From contig JAPPAV010000120.1 of the NCBI GenBank assembly GCA_026705345.1, forward strand, positions 13,748-77,747: DNA of 64,000 nucleotides, written 5' to 3'. Below the pieces are notes generated by a model that ran no database searches, was not told the DNA's origin, and was given only the letters and a program-made list of their open reading frames with translations. The stretch is from Gammaproteobacteria bacterium (GTDB lineage: Bacteria > Pseudomonadota > Gammaproteobacteria > Pseudomonadales > Azotimanducaceae). A program made the position numbers and the translations under genes. Positions 18,483 through 27,700 of this stretch are shown here, piece by piece; the first letter of the stretch is position 1; every line of letters begins with the position of its first letter.

Positions 18483-20138
18483 CTAGGTCGTCAACCAGCC
18501 GAACTGCTGCGGCTTTCGCCCCGCCCTCGGGTTGAGCGGCACGTTGATCAACGTGGGGCCGTTGTAGGCCATGGCCTCGTCCAGCGCCGCTCGGAGATCC
18601 TTCGGATCTTCCACGTAGAAGCCCTTGCCGCCCAATGCCTCGAGCATCCCCTCGTAACGAGCGCCGTAGGTGAGGTTGCCCGGAGGCAGTGTCTGGCCTT
18701 CCTTGAGCGGGTGCACACCGCCGCCGATGCCGCCGTTGTTGAGCACGATCATCTTCACCGGCAGGTTGTATCGGACCATGGTCTCGAGTTCCATGCCGGT
18801 GAACCCGAACGCCGAGTCGCCCTGCACGGACACGACCGGCTTGTCCGGGTTGGTGACCGCCGCGGCAACCGCGAAGCCCAAGCCCACGCCCATGGTGCCG
18901 TACGTTCCGGCATCCAGCCGATGCCGGGCGAGCCGGTTCGGCATCTGCGTACGGCCGATGTCCATGGTGTTGGCACCTTCGCCGATGATGATGGCGTCGT
19001 GGGGCAGCCAGTCGACGATGTCCTTGAAGGCCCGGTAGTAGTTCGTGGGCGCCGAGTCGTCGTCGATCATCGGCTGCACGGCTTCCATGTTGGCCTGGGC
19101 CTTCTCTTGAAGGACGGCGCGCCATGGCGTCTCCGAGGGATAGAACCACTGGCGGTTGTCGAGCGCCCGGTTCAACTGGCCGACCACCGCCTTGCCGTCA
19201 CCCACCAAGGCGACCTCGGCCGGTACGTTGGCGCCGATCTCTTCCGGCTCGATGTCGAGCTGGATGATGCGTACATCCTTATTGAAGCGCGGCGGCAGGC
19301 CGTAATGCATGATCCAGTTGAGGCGTGCGCCCATCAGGAAGACCAGGTCGGCTTCCCGCAATGCCGTACTTCGAGCGGCACCCACGGAAAGGGGATCGTC
19401 ATCGGGCATCGTCCCCTTGCCCATCGGCGAGTTCAGGAACGGCAACTGGGTACGCTCGATGAACTCGCGGATCTCGTCTTCCGCCCGCGACCAGGCCATG
19501 CCTTTGCCGACCACCACCAAGGGTCGTTCGGCGGATTCCAGCGCGGACAGCGCCGCTTCCACGGCATCGGGATCGGCCATCGTGCGCGGCGGTTCCGGCA
19601 CGGCTGCCGCCTCGATGATCTCGTCCTCGTCGCATTCGCCGCGGATGATGTCGTCCGGGAAGTCCAGGTACACCGGTCCGGGGCGGCCGTACAGCGAGTG
19701 GCGAACCGCCTGGTTGACGTAGTACGGAATGCGGTGCACGTGCTCGATGGCATGGGCGTACTTGCAATAGGGCGCCGCCAGTTCGACCTGGCGCTCTTCC
19801 TGGAAGCCGCCCATGCCGTTCTGGTAGACCGGCGACGCGCCGCCGATCAGGATCATCGGCCAGCAGTTCTGCTTGGCGTTGGCGAGACCCGCGAAGGCGT
19901 GGATTACGCCCGGGCCGGACACCGTCAGACACGCCTGCGGCCGGCCGGTCAGGTAGCCGGCCGCATGCGCGGCGTAGCTCGCCGCCTGCTCGTTGCGCAT
20001 GCCGACATAGGTGATGCCCGCCCGCTGCGCTTCCGCCGCGAAGCCCTGCACCGGAAAGCCGACGATGCCGAAGATGTAGTCGACCCCCTGTTGTTTGAGA
20101 CTGCGCGCCATCAACTGCGCGCCGTTGACTTCTGCCAT
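18483..20138 (-). CDS. ThDP-dependent enzyme, oxalyl-CoA decarboxylase / 2-hydroxyacyl-CoA lyase-like
   Basis: 551 aa. It has an N-terminal Pyr domain (GVDYIFGIVGFPV...MRNEQAASYAAHAAGYLTGRP) and a ThDP-binding motif (GDSAFGFTGMELETMVRYNLPVKMIVLNNGG). It resembles Oxc/HACL over its full length and appears to form an operon with the VOC and SSS genes. Confidence 0.8.
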   Translation of the reverse strand: MAEVNGAQLMARSLKQQGVDYIFGIVGFPVQGFAAEAQRAGITYVGMRNEQAASYAAHAAGYLTGRPQACLTVSGPGVIHAFAGLANAKQNCWPMILIGGASPVYQNGMGGFQEERQVELAAPYCKYAHAIEHVHRIPYYVNQAVRHSLYGRPGPVYLDFPDDIIRGECDEDEIIEAAAVPEPPRTMADPDAVEAALSALESAERPLVVVGKGMAWSRAEDEIREFIERTQLPFLNSPMGKGTMPDDDPLSVGAARSTALREADLVFLMGARLNWIMHYGLPPRFNKDVRIIQLDIEPEEIGANVPAEVALVGDGKAVVGQLNRALDNRQWFYPSETPWRAVLQEKAQANMEAVQPMIDDDSAPTNYYRAFKDIVDWLPHDAIIIGEGANTMDIGRTQMPNRLARHRLDAGTYGTMGVGLGFAVAAAVTNPDKPVVSVQGDSAFGFTGMELETMVRYNLPVKMIVLNNGGIGGGVHPLKEGQTLPPGNLTYGARYEGMLEALGGKGFYVEDPKDLRAALDEAMAYNGPTLINVPLNPRAGRKPQQFGWLTT

Positions 20139-20220
20139 GTGGTTCCCCCACTCCTGTTCGAGTCAAGCCGTCTAACCTATCTCGCCGGAGTTTGTGAAGC
20201 AAACTCGATGCGCGCCGTCG

Positions 20221-20294
20221 GGGCGACCCTTGCGGTCGCCCGTGGCCGAATCTCGGTTGTCTCGGCAACGGGACGGGACAAGCCCGTCCCCTAC
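20221..20294. repeat. REP-type palindromic cluster
   Basis: The sequence is GGGCGACCCTTGCGGTCGCCC...GGGACGGGACAAGCCCGTCCCCTAC. Confidence 0.75.
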
Positions 20295-20338
20295 GACCGT
20301 GTTCCCTGCACGTCGGCGGCCCGGTCCGTTGCCGGTGC

Positions 20339-20896
20339 TTGGTATACTGTGATGTTGCTCGACTCGGAGCGGTCGTGACCATCTACATTACTAGCCTCGC
20401 CGACATGCCAAGTCTGGTGCGGCGGTTCGGCGTGCGCGACCTCGTGTCGATCATCCAGCCGAATGCTCAACCCCCTACACCACCGGAAGTCAAGCCTGCA
20501 CGGCACTACCGTTGCCCGGTCGACGACATCGTCGAACCCCGACCCGGCGAAGTAATGCCGCAGGCCGATCACATCGAAAATCTGATCACGTTCCTCCGGA
20601 CATGGGACGGAGAAACGCCTCTCCTGACCCACTGCCACGCCGGGATCAGCCGGTCCTCCGCCGTGGCACTGATCGCACACGTGCTGCAGACCGGCAATCC
20701 GGCCACGTCCGTGAAGGCGCTACGCAAAGCTTCGTCCTACGCATCGCCCAATCGGCGCATCGTCGCGTTGGCCGACTCGATCATGGGTTTCGACGGCGCC
20801 CTCGTCGCTGCACGCGAAAACATGGGCGCACCGATCTGGCAAACGGATCCCGACTACGTGAAGGAACCCGGTCGCTTCACGACGCTGGCCCTGTAA
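20339..20896 (+). CDS. Predicted protein tyrosine/dual-specificity phosphatase-like protein (CX5R P-loop)
   Basis: 185 aa. It has the HCHAGISRSSA active-site signature (HCxxGxxRS). The start is uncertain, and a GTG near 20376 is an alternative. Confidence 0.6.
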   Translation: MVYCDVARLGAVVTIYITSLADMPSLVRRFGVRDLVSIIQPNAQPPTPPEVKPARHYRCPVDDIVEPRPGEVMPQADHIENLITFLRTWDGETPLLTHCHAGISRSSAVALIAHVLQTGNPATSVKALRKASSYASPNRRIVALADSIMGFDGALVAARENMGAPIWQTDPDYVKEPGRFTTLAL

Positions 20897-20976
20897 GCCG
20901 GCCGGCAAGACTCGTGGCGGCCTCTCGGGACTTCATCCGTGGCCGGGTGACGGTCACCACGTCTTCAGCTAGGCCT

Positions 20977-21474
20977 GTGGGCGAGCAAGACAAACCGACC
21001 GCGACCAAGGACACGTACCTCTACTTCGCCTACGGCTCGAACATGTCCAGCGAACGTCTGCGCGTTCGGACCCCTTCGGCAACCTCATTGGGCAGAGCCC
21101 GACTGCCCGGGTACACATTGCGCTGGCACAAGCTCGGTCGCGACGGTTCCGGCAAGTGCGACATCGAGCCGTCGGACGCACCCGGCACGGCGGTCTGGGG
21201 CGTGCTCTACGAGATCGATCGCGCCGAAAGAGACGGTCTCGACGCAGCGGAAGGCCTCGGCATCGGCTACGACGAACACACGGTACGGGTAGAGGCAGAT
21301 ACCGTCGTCCGCGAAGCCGTCACCTACATGGCGAGGCCCGACAAGATCGACCCCGCGTTGCGCCCCCTGGATTGGTACAAGGCACACGTGATGCGCGGCG
21401 CAACCGAGCATGGATTGCCGGACGAGTACGCGCGGCGGATTGCAGCGGTGCCAGTCGGTGAACCGGCGATGTGA
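20977..21474 (+). CDS. Gamma-glutamylcyclotransferase (GGCT/AIG2-like) family protein
   Basis: This is the 3' part of track ORF 20512..21474. It has the YLYFAYGSNMSSERL signature (YGSNM) and later VWGVLYEI. The GTG start at 20977 (or 20947) is inferred. Confidence 0.7.
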   Translation: MGEQDKPTATKDTYLYFAYGSNMSSERLRVRTPSATSLGRARLPGYTLRWHKLGRDGSGKCDIEPSDAPGTAVWGVLYEIDRAERDGLDAAEGLGIGYDEHTVRVEADTVVREAVTYMARPDKIDPALRPLDWYKAHVMRGATEHGLPDEYARRIAAVPVGEPAM

Positions 21475-21522
21475 AACGCCGTTGCGAGTCGCGCCATGAA
21501 ATGACCGACGTCGAGTGCACGC

Positions 21523-22677
21523 CTACACAAGAGAACCTTCCCACAGTTGCTTGGCAAACGTCCGCGCGGGCAGAACATCTAGCCCGTCCTCGGTACGCCG
21601 AGCCCGTGGTTCGAGACACACCACCACACGTCTGCCTATGTCCGGGTGGTCCTTCACCAGGCTACGCAACCCCTTCAGATGCCGTGATGCGACTCGCCCG
21701 CCCGCTTTGGCTTCGACAGCGACGCGCATGTCGCCAACGACGAAGTCGACCTCGGTCCCGCCCGCCAGGCGCCAATAGGAAAGCTCGTCGCCTTGCTCGG
21801 TGTAGTCCAGATAGGCCGACAGCTCGTGGAAGACCCAGTTCTCGAACGCCCTGCCATAGAGTTCCGAACCGGGCACGAGCGGGCCACGCTTCGCCAGTCG
21901 ATTGACCACACCCACGTCCGAAAGATAGAACTTCGGCGCTCCCGTGACCCGACGCTTCGGACGTTTCCGGTACGCAGGAAGCCACCGACCGAGGAGCGTG
22001 TCCTCCAGAATCTCGAAGTACGACCTCGCCGTCGGTCCCGTGACGCCGCAGTCGGTACCGATGTTCGAAAAGCTGATCAGTTCGCCGTCGCTCAAGGCAG
22101 CGGCGTCCAGGAATCCGGAGAAGGCAGGTAGGTTGCGAACCAATCCCTCTGCAGCCACCTCCTCCTTGAGGTAGTCGCCGATGTAGGCGTCCAGCAGTCG
22201 TCCGGGTCGTTCCGAATCGAACACGCGCGGCAAATAGCCGTGGTTGAGCAAGCGGTCTAGGTCGAAGTCGGGGCCGATTTCGCCAGCCGTGAGCCCGTGC
22301 AGTTGATAGCGTAGCGCTCGTCCGCCCAACAGGTTGGCTGCACCGTACCGCACTTTGCGCGCACTGGAGCCGCAAAGCGCAAAGTGAACGCGTCGGTTTT
22401 CGATCAGCCAGTGGACCTCGTCGAGCAGCGCCGGAACCTTCTGAATCTCGTCAATGACGACTTGGGTCCCTTCGACGACGTCTTGAGCCTCAATCTCCTG
22501 TCGTAGCAGTTCGGGGTTTGAGGCATATCGCCTAAACTCGTCCGACTTCAACAGATCGATCCAGCGACATTCGCCGTATCGAGCCTTCAGGAGCGTGGTC
22601 TTGCCGGCTTGACGCGGTCCCCAGAGGAAGAAAGTCTCGTTTCCGGGCGCCGGCAGACGGATCTTTCGTTTGAACAT
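21523..22677 (-). CDS. AAA-type ATPase with C-terminal DUF4143-like domain
   Basis: The start was chosen at MFKRKIRLP (ATG 22677). It has Walker A (GPRQAGKTT), Walker B (VVIDEIQ), and a C-terminal EVDFVV...VAVEAKAG restriction-endonuclease-like fold typical of the DUF4143 family. Confidence 0.8.
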   Translation of the reverse strand: MFKRKIRLPAPGNETFFLWGPRQAGKTTLLKARYGECRWIDLLKSDEFRRYASNPELLRQEIEAQDVVEGTQVVIDEIQKVPALLDEVHWLIENRRVHFALCGSSARKVRYGAANLLGGRALRYQLHGLTAGEIGPDFDLDRLLNHGYLPRVFDSERPGRLLDAYIGDYLKEEVAAEGLVRNLPAFSGFLDAAALSDGELISFSNIGTDCGVTGPTARSYFEILEDTLLGRWLPAYRKRPKRRVTGAPKFYLSDVGVVNRLAKRGPLVPGSELYGRAFENWVFHELSAYLDYTEQGDELSYWRLAGGTEVDFVVGDMRVAVEAKAGGRVASRHLKGLRSLVKDHPDIGRRVVVCLEPRARRTEDGLDVLPARTFAKQLWEGSLV

Positions 22678-22680
22678 GCA

Positions 22681-22706
22681 CTTTAGAATATCATGATATT
22701 CCAAAG
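22681..22706. promoter_or_regulatory. 26-bp near-perfect AT-rich palindrome immediately upstream of the ATPase start codon
   Basis: The sequence CTTTAGAATATCATGATATTCCAAAG has one mismatch pair. It lies 4 nt from the ATG at 22677, in a visibly AT-rich 65-bp intergenic gap. Confidence 0.4.
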
Positions 22707-22742
22707 TAGAACTTTCAATATTTCGGTCCTGCCCTCCAAGCG

Positions 22743-23783
22743 TTACCGGTTTCCTGCCGCCGCTTCCCGCTTTGACCGAACTCTCTCCCCGTACGCCGCA
22801 TAGCGTTCCCACGCCATGAGGCCGTCGTGGGCGAAGTAGTCGTATTGCGGCCGTAGCGTCACCCGGCCCTTCGCGGGTTCGGTGTCGAACAGGCTGCAGT
22901 ATTTCTCGGCCGGCTGATCGTGGCCGGTGCCCGGCGGCGCGTCGAGTTGGCGTTCGTCCATGATGCGGTCGTTCTTGCCGAACGGGAACGGGGCGTAGAC
23001 ATCCACCAGGCCGGCGAACCGTACCGGGTTACGGTCCAGCGCTTCCTGGGTCACCGTCTCGCGGAACGGCTCCTGGGGCTGGAAGCGGGGCCGCATGTAT
23101 TCACACTGAAGTGTCATGCGCACGCCCGGTGTCGTCTTCGGGTACGAGCCGTGCCAAGTGTGGTTGCCCCAGATCACCATGGATCCCGCTTGAGCCTCCA
23201 CCGCATGCGCCTTGTCCGCCCAGTACTTGCTCTCCGGCGGTGTCGCCTGGCGACGCCAGCGGTGGCTTCCCGGCAGGAACGAGATGGCGCCGTCGTCCTT
23301 CGAGTAGTCGGTGAGCATCAGGTGGACGTTGGCATTGATATTGATCGGGGGGAGCGCGTCCCGGGTCGGATCGAGATAGTCGCCGTGGATGCCCGTGCGC
23401 CGTTCGCCGGGGCCTTTCACCCACGCATTGACGAGGCTCAGGATGCAGTTGGTGCCGAGCAGGTATTGCACGAGCCCGAGGCCCGCGGGGTTGTAGGTGA
23501 CCTTCTCGAAGATCGGATCCTCCCAGATCAGGAACCGAAGCTGGTCGTTGACGTTGTCCCAGCGGTCGATGTGCGTATCCAACGATCCGAAGCGGTCGGC
23601 GACGACGCGTTCCACCGCCTCCTTGACCTCTAGGTGGAACTCCGGCGGCCCGACCTTATCCGGTGGCACCACGGTGAACCCGAACGCCTCTAGTTCCGCG
23701 ACGTTGGACTCCAGGCCAAGTTGCTTGAGCTCCCCGTAGAGCAACGGCAGAGCGCCGGCGGATTCCCAGTTCTCGATCTCCAT
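22743..23783 (-). CDS. Phytanoyl-CoA dioxygenase (PhyH) family Fe(II)/2-oxoglutarate dioxygenase
   Basis: 346 aa. It has an HxD motif (GIHGDYLD), DDGAISFLPGSHRW, and a distal His region (WGNHTWHGSYP). Confidence 0.75.
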   Translation of the reverse strand: MEIENWESAGALPLLYGELKQLGLESNVAELEAFGFTVVPPDKVGPPEFHLEVKEAVERVVADRFGSLDTHIDRWDNVNDQLRFLIWEDPIFEKVTYNPAGLGLVQYLLGTNCILSLVNAWVKGPGERRTGIHGDYLDPTRDALPPININANVHLMLTDYSKDDGAISFLPGSHRWRRQATPPESKYWADKAHAVEAQAGSMVIWGNHTWHGSYPKTTPGVRMTLQCEYMRPRFQPQEPFRETVTQEALDRNPVRFAGLVDVYAPFPFGKNDRIMDERQLDAPPGTGHDQPAEKYCSLFDTEPAKGRVTLRPQYDYFAHDGLMAWERYAAYGERVRSKREAAAGNR

Positions 23784-23892
23784 GCTCTCCCCCTAAACCG
23801 GAGAGCGGCAGTTTGGCGGATGCGACGCGTTGGCGACAAGACCATCCTTGCCACGCTTAGAATGGTTCGCTTCGCAATGAGGAGGGAAACAG

Positions 23893-24900
23893 ATGGCAAT
23901 CGAACTGCGACTGTTCGGTCGTACTGGCGTACAAGTCAGCGACCTGTGTTTGGGAACCATGCTGTTCGGCACCCGCACCACGCGGGAAGAGTCCTACGCC
24001 ATCGTCGATCGAGCCATCGACGCCGGCATCAACTTCTTCGACTCCGCCAACGTCTACGGGCGCGGACGGAGCGAGGAAGTCACCGGCGAGGCGCTGAAAC
24101 GCAACGGCAAGCGGGACCGCATCGTGCTTGCGACGAAGTTCCACGGCGGCATGTCGGACGATCCCAACGACCGGGGTGCGAGCCGACGGCACATCGTTGC
24201 GGCTTGCGAGGCGAGCCTCAAACGCCTGGACACCGACTACATCGATCTCTATCAGATCCACCGGCCGCGGTCGGATACCGCCATCGACGAGACGCTGCGG
24301 GCGCTGGACGACCTGGTCCATCAAGGCAAGGTGCGCTATCTCGGTACCTCGACATTCGCGGCGTGGCAGTTCGTCGAGTCGCTGTGGGCGTCCGAGAAGT
24401 ACGGTCTCAACCGGTTCGTTTGCGAGCAGCAGCCCTACAACCTGCTCGACCGTCGCGTGGAACGGGAGCTCATGCCGATGGCAAGAACCTACGGCGTTGC
24501 CACGATCCCGTGGAGTCCGCTTGCCGGGGGTCTGCTCACCGGCAAGTACCGTCGCGGGGAGGAACCGCCGGAAGGAACGCGTTTCGCGACCGCTAACAGG
24601 GTCCAGTCGCGCCGCTTCAACGAGCGGGTCTTCGACATCGTCGACGGCCTCGAACCCCTGGCCCGCGCCCACGACACGACGGTGTCGCAGATCGCTCTCG
24701 CGTGGGTGATGGCGCAACCCGGGGTGACCAGCCCGATCGTCGGCCCGCGCACGATGGAGCAACTCGAGGACAACCTGGCGGCGGGGGAGGTGGAACTCAC
24801 CGATGACGACCGTCAGGCGATCGACCGTTTGATTCCGCCCGGTACCAACGTCGCACCGTACTACGAGGCGGACTTTGGGCCGCACCGGTTTCGGGTGTAG
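23893..24900 (+). CDS. Aldo/keto reductase
   Basis: 335 aa. It has the AKR signatures GINFFDSANVYG, DYIDLYQIHRP, GKVRYLGTSTF and PWSPLAGGLLTGKY. Confidence 0.9.
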   Translation: MAIELRLFGRTGVQVSDLCLGTMLFGTRTTREESYAIVDRAIDAGINFFDSANVYGRGRSEEVTGEALKRNGKRDRIVLATKFHGGMSDDPNDRGASRRHIVAACEASLKRLDTDYIDLYQIHRPRSDTAIDETLRALDDLVHQGKVRYLGTSTFAAWQFVESLWASEKYGLNRFVCEQQPYNLLDRRVERELMPMARTYGVATIPWSPLAGGLLTGKYRRGEEPPEGTRFATANRVQSRRFNERVFDIVDGLEPLARAHDTTVSQIALAWVMAQPGVTSPIVGPRTMEQLEDNLAAGEVELTDDDRQAIDRLIPPGTNVAPYYEADFGPHRFRV

Positions 24901-24998
24901 GGACGAGGCCATCGGGAACGCCTCGTAGGGGACGGGCTTGTCCCGTCCCGGGCGCGAGCAGCCCATGGCCTGCGGGCGACCACAAGGGTCGCCCCTAC
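24897..24998. repeat. REP-type palindromic cluster (three hairpins)
   Basis: The sequence is GTAGGGACGAGGCcatcgggaacGCCTCGTAGGGGACGGGCTTGTCCCGTCCC...GGGCGACCACAAGGGTCGCCCCTAC. The first GTAG contains the AKR TAG stop. Confidence 0.75.
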
Positions 24999-25043
24999 GG
25001 AGTTCTGCGGCGTAGACTGACCGTTCGGCATGTCGAGGGTTCA

Positions 25044-26660
25044 ATGATGTCCGATCCTGCGCAAGACGACGCCCCAAAGGTAGGCGGTCGCTACGCCAGC
25101 TACGTCACGGTCGTCTTGGTTATCGTCTACGTCATCAACTTCATCGACCGCCAGATCATCACGATCCTCGCCGAGGAGATCAAAGCCGACCTTGGCATTT
25201 CCGACGCCCAGATCGGGTTTCTCTACGGCACGGCGTTCGCGGTCTTCTACGCCATCTTCGGCATTCCCCTAGGCAGGCTGGCGGACACCTGGACGCGCAA
25301 GAATCTCATCGCCATCGGGATCGGGTTCTGGAGCCTGATGACCGCGCTCTCGGGCACCGCGCGCAGCTTCGCGTCGCTCGCTGCCTACCGGGTCGGCGTG
25401 GGCATCGGCGAGGCCAGTGCGACGCCGGCAGCGTTCTCAATGCTGTCGGACTACTTCCGGCCCGCGATGCGCGCCACGGTACTCGCGATCTATTCGAGCG
25501 GCATCTACATCGGCGCGGGCATCGGCATCTTCCTAGGGGGTTGGATCGTCGGTTCCTGGGAATCAGCCTATCCGGATCCGTCCCTCGCTCCACTCGGCCT
25601 GAAGGGCTGGCAGGCAGCCTACATCGCCGTCGGACTGCCCGGTCTCGTGATGGCGGTCTGGGTGGCCACGCTGCGCGAGCCGATCCGGGGATTGAGCGAA
25701 GGATTGGTGACCCCCGCGCATCCGCATCCCTTTCGGACGACGTTCCAGGAGCTGATGGCCGTGCTGCCGCCGTTCACGGTCTGGACGTTGGCTCGCGAGA
25801 AAGCCGACTCGCGGGTCATTGCACGCAACCTGCTCGGGGCAGTGATGATCGCCCTTGTTGCCTGGGGGCTGATCGAACTCACTTCGGATCCCGAGCAGTG
25901 GATCGCGCTGGGCATCGGCACCTATGCGGCTTTCTCATGGATCCAAGCGTTGGGCCTTCGAGACCCGGCGGCGTTCGCGATGATGTTCTCCTGCCGGGCG
26001 TTCGTCTACGCAGCCGTGGGATTCCCGACCATCGCCTTGGTCGCCTACGCATTCGGCGGCTGGGCACCGCCGTTCTTCATCCGGGTCTACGGCATCAGCC
26101 CGATGGAGGCGGGGCTCGTGTTGGGCCTGTCCTTCGCGCTCGGCGGTTGGCTCGGCACCACGCTGGGCGGCATCATCGCCGATCGGTTGAAACCCCGGAC
26201 CGGCAACGCCCGGGTATACGTGGGCCTGTTCTCGGTCGTCGGCACCGTGCCGACGGCGCTGGGCCTCCTATTGACCGACCATCTGATCACGGCCTACGTC
26301 TTCAACTTCATCGTGAGCGTGTTCGCCTCCTGCTGGATCGGCGCCGCTGCAAGCACGGTGAACGACCTCGTCATGCCGAGAATGCGGGCCATCGCGTCCG
26401 CGTTCTACGTCTTGATGGCAACGGTGGGCCTAGCCGTCGGCCCGTACGCGGTGGGCGAAATGAGCGACGTGTTGACTGGCACGGGGATGGTGCCCGGCGA
26501 AGCGCTGCGATGGAGCCTTTTGCTATCGCTATCGTTCCTGGCGATACCGGGGATCCTGCTCCTGCTTCTGCGCGGGGAGTTGATCCCGGCTGAAGCGAGC
26601 CGACTCGAACGGGCACGGGCGGCAGGTGAACCGGTCGGCCAGGAAGAAGCACAGGTTTAG
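25044..26660 (+). CDS. MFS transporter
   Basis: 538 aa with about 12-14 TM segments. It has the MFS loop motif GIPLGRLADTWTRKN between TM2 and TM3. Confidence 0.85.
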   Translation: MMSDPAQDDAPKVGGRYASYVTVVLVIVYVINFIDRQIITILAEEIKADLGISDAQIGFLYGTAFAVFYAIFGIPLGRLADTWTRKNLIAIGIGFWSLMTALSGTARSFASLAAYRVGVGIGEASATPAAFSMLSDYFRPAMRATVLAIYSSGIYIGAGIGIFLGGWIVGSWESAYPDPSLAPLGLKGWQAAYIAVGLPGLVMAVWVATLREPIRGLSEGLVTPAHPHPFRTTFQELMAVLPPFTVWTLAREKADSRVIARNLLGAVMIALVAWGLIELTSDPEQWIALGIGTYAAFSWIQALGLRDPAAFAMMFSCRAFVYAAVGFPTIALVAYAFGGWAPPFFIRVYGISPMEAGLVLGLSFALGGWLGTTLGGIIADRLKPRTGNARVYVGLFSVVGTVPTALGLLLTDHLITAYVFNFIVSVFASCWIGAAASTVNDLVMPRMRAIASAFYVLMATVGLAVGPYAVGEMSDVLTGTGMVPGEALRWSLLLSLSFLAIPGILLLLLRGELIPAEASRLERARAAGEPVGQEEAQV

Positions 26661-26675
26661 CGGGTCTTGGTCGGC

Positions 26676-26755
26676 GTAGGGGCGGGGTTCGTCCCCGCCC
26701 GCGTTTGCCCGCCCCCGCTTGTTTGCGGGCGGGCGACCACAAGGGTCGCCCCTAC
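26676..26755. repeat. REP-type palindromic cluster
   Basis: The sequence is GTAGGGGCGGGGTTCGTCCCCGCCC...GCCCGCCCCCGCTTGTTTGCGGGCGGGCGACCACAAGGGTCGCCCCTAC. The terminal CTAC is the TAG stop of the TauD-like gene. Confidence 0.75.
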
Positions 26756-27567
26756 GAAGGCTTGCCGCCCCTGACCACGATGCGGTGCATGATGCGCGCC
26801 TCGTCGTAGTCGCGGACGGCGTAGTGCATCACCGAGCGGTTGTCCCATAGCACGAGGTCGTTCAACTCCCAATGGTGACGGTAGACGAACTCCGGACGGG
26901 TGCAGTGGGCGAGTAGCCGGAACAGGAGCAGTTCGCTCTCGTCTTCCGGCATGTCGAGGATGTACTTGGTGAAGTTGCCGTTGACGTAGAGCGCCTTGCG
27001 GCCGGTTTCATCGTGCGTGCGTACCACCGGATGGACCGAGTCCTCGACATCGGGTCCGAACACCTTGCCGGTGTGGAACGCCGTGAGCCCGGCGATTCGT
27101 TCCTTAAGGTCCTCGGTCAAGTTCTCGTAGGCGAGGTGCTGGTTCGCGAACGCGGTGTCGCCGCCGGACGAAGGCAGGCGCTGCGCGTGCAGACCGGTGA
27201 TGAACGGCGGGGTCGAGTGCCAGGTCATGTCGGAATGCCAGCCGCCGCCGAAGGGATGAACGCCCCGGAAGAAGGTGAACTGCTTGGCGGCCTTGCTGCC
27301 GATGAACTGCACATAGTCTGTGTCGCGATGCTTGGTGGCCGGATGGGTAAGGAGGTCGCCCCAGCGGCGACCGAACGCCTCGAGTTCAAGCGCCGAGAGT
27401 TCCTGGCCGGGTAATACGAGCAGGTGATGTTCGAGAAGTAACTCGCGCAGTTCGGCGATCACGTGGGCTCCGCCATCCTGCGCGAGATCAATGCCTTCCA
27501 CCCGGGCACCCATCGCCACGCTGGCGCGGGTCGCGACCACGCCCAGTTGTTCCGCTGCTTCCGCCAT
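26752..27567 (-). CDS. TauD/TfdA family Fe(II)/2-oxoglutarate dioxygenase (second paralog)
   Basis: 271 aa. It has GWHSDMTWHSTPP (HxD), GDTAFANQHLAYENL, HPVVRTHDETGRKALYVN and WDNRSVMH. Confidence 0.85.
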   Translation of the reverse strand: MAEAAEQLGVVATRASVAMGARVEGIDLAQDGGAHVIAELRELLLEHHLLVLPGQELSALELEAFGRRWGDLLTHPATKHRDTDYVQFIGSKAAKQFTFFRGVHPFGGGWHSDMTWHSTPPFITGLHAQRLPSSGGDTAFANQHLAYENLTEDLKERIAGLTAFHTGKVFGPDVEDSVHPVVRTHDETGRKALYVNGNFTKYILDMPEDESELLLFRLLAHCTRPEFVYRHHWELNDLVLWDNRSVMHYAVRDYDEARIMHRIVVRGGKPS

Positions 27568-27700
27568 TTCCCTCTCCCCGATGGCCGAAACAACTGATCG
27601 TCGTGCATGGGAAGATTGTCGTCAAGGGCGGGGGCGGGGCGGGCAGTTGCGAGCTGCACCGCAGGTATCCATCTCCTTCCCCCGTGGGTCTTATCCACAA

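Noticed and set aside
18096-20378. A 760-aa plus-strand ORF, the longest in this region.
   Set aside because: It is antisense to the clearly homologous VOC and Oxc/HACL-like genes. It is Arg/Gly/Val/His-rich with no recognisable motifs, so it is a typical high-GC shadow ORF.
23857-25077. A 406-aa minus-strand ORF.
   Set aside because: It is antisense to the aldo/keto reductase, which has textbook motifs, and it extends through a REP cluster.
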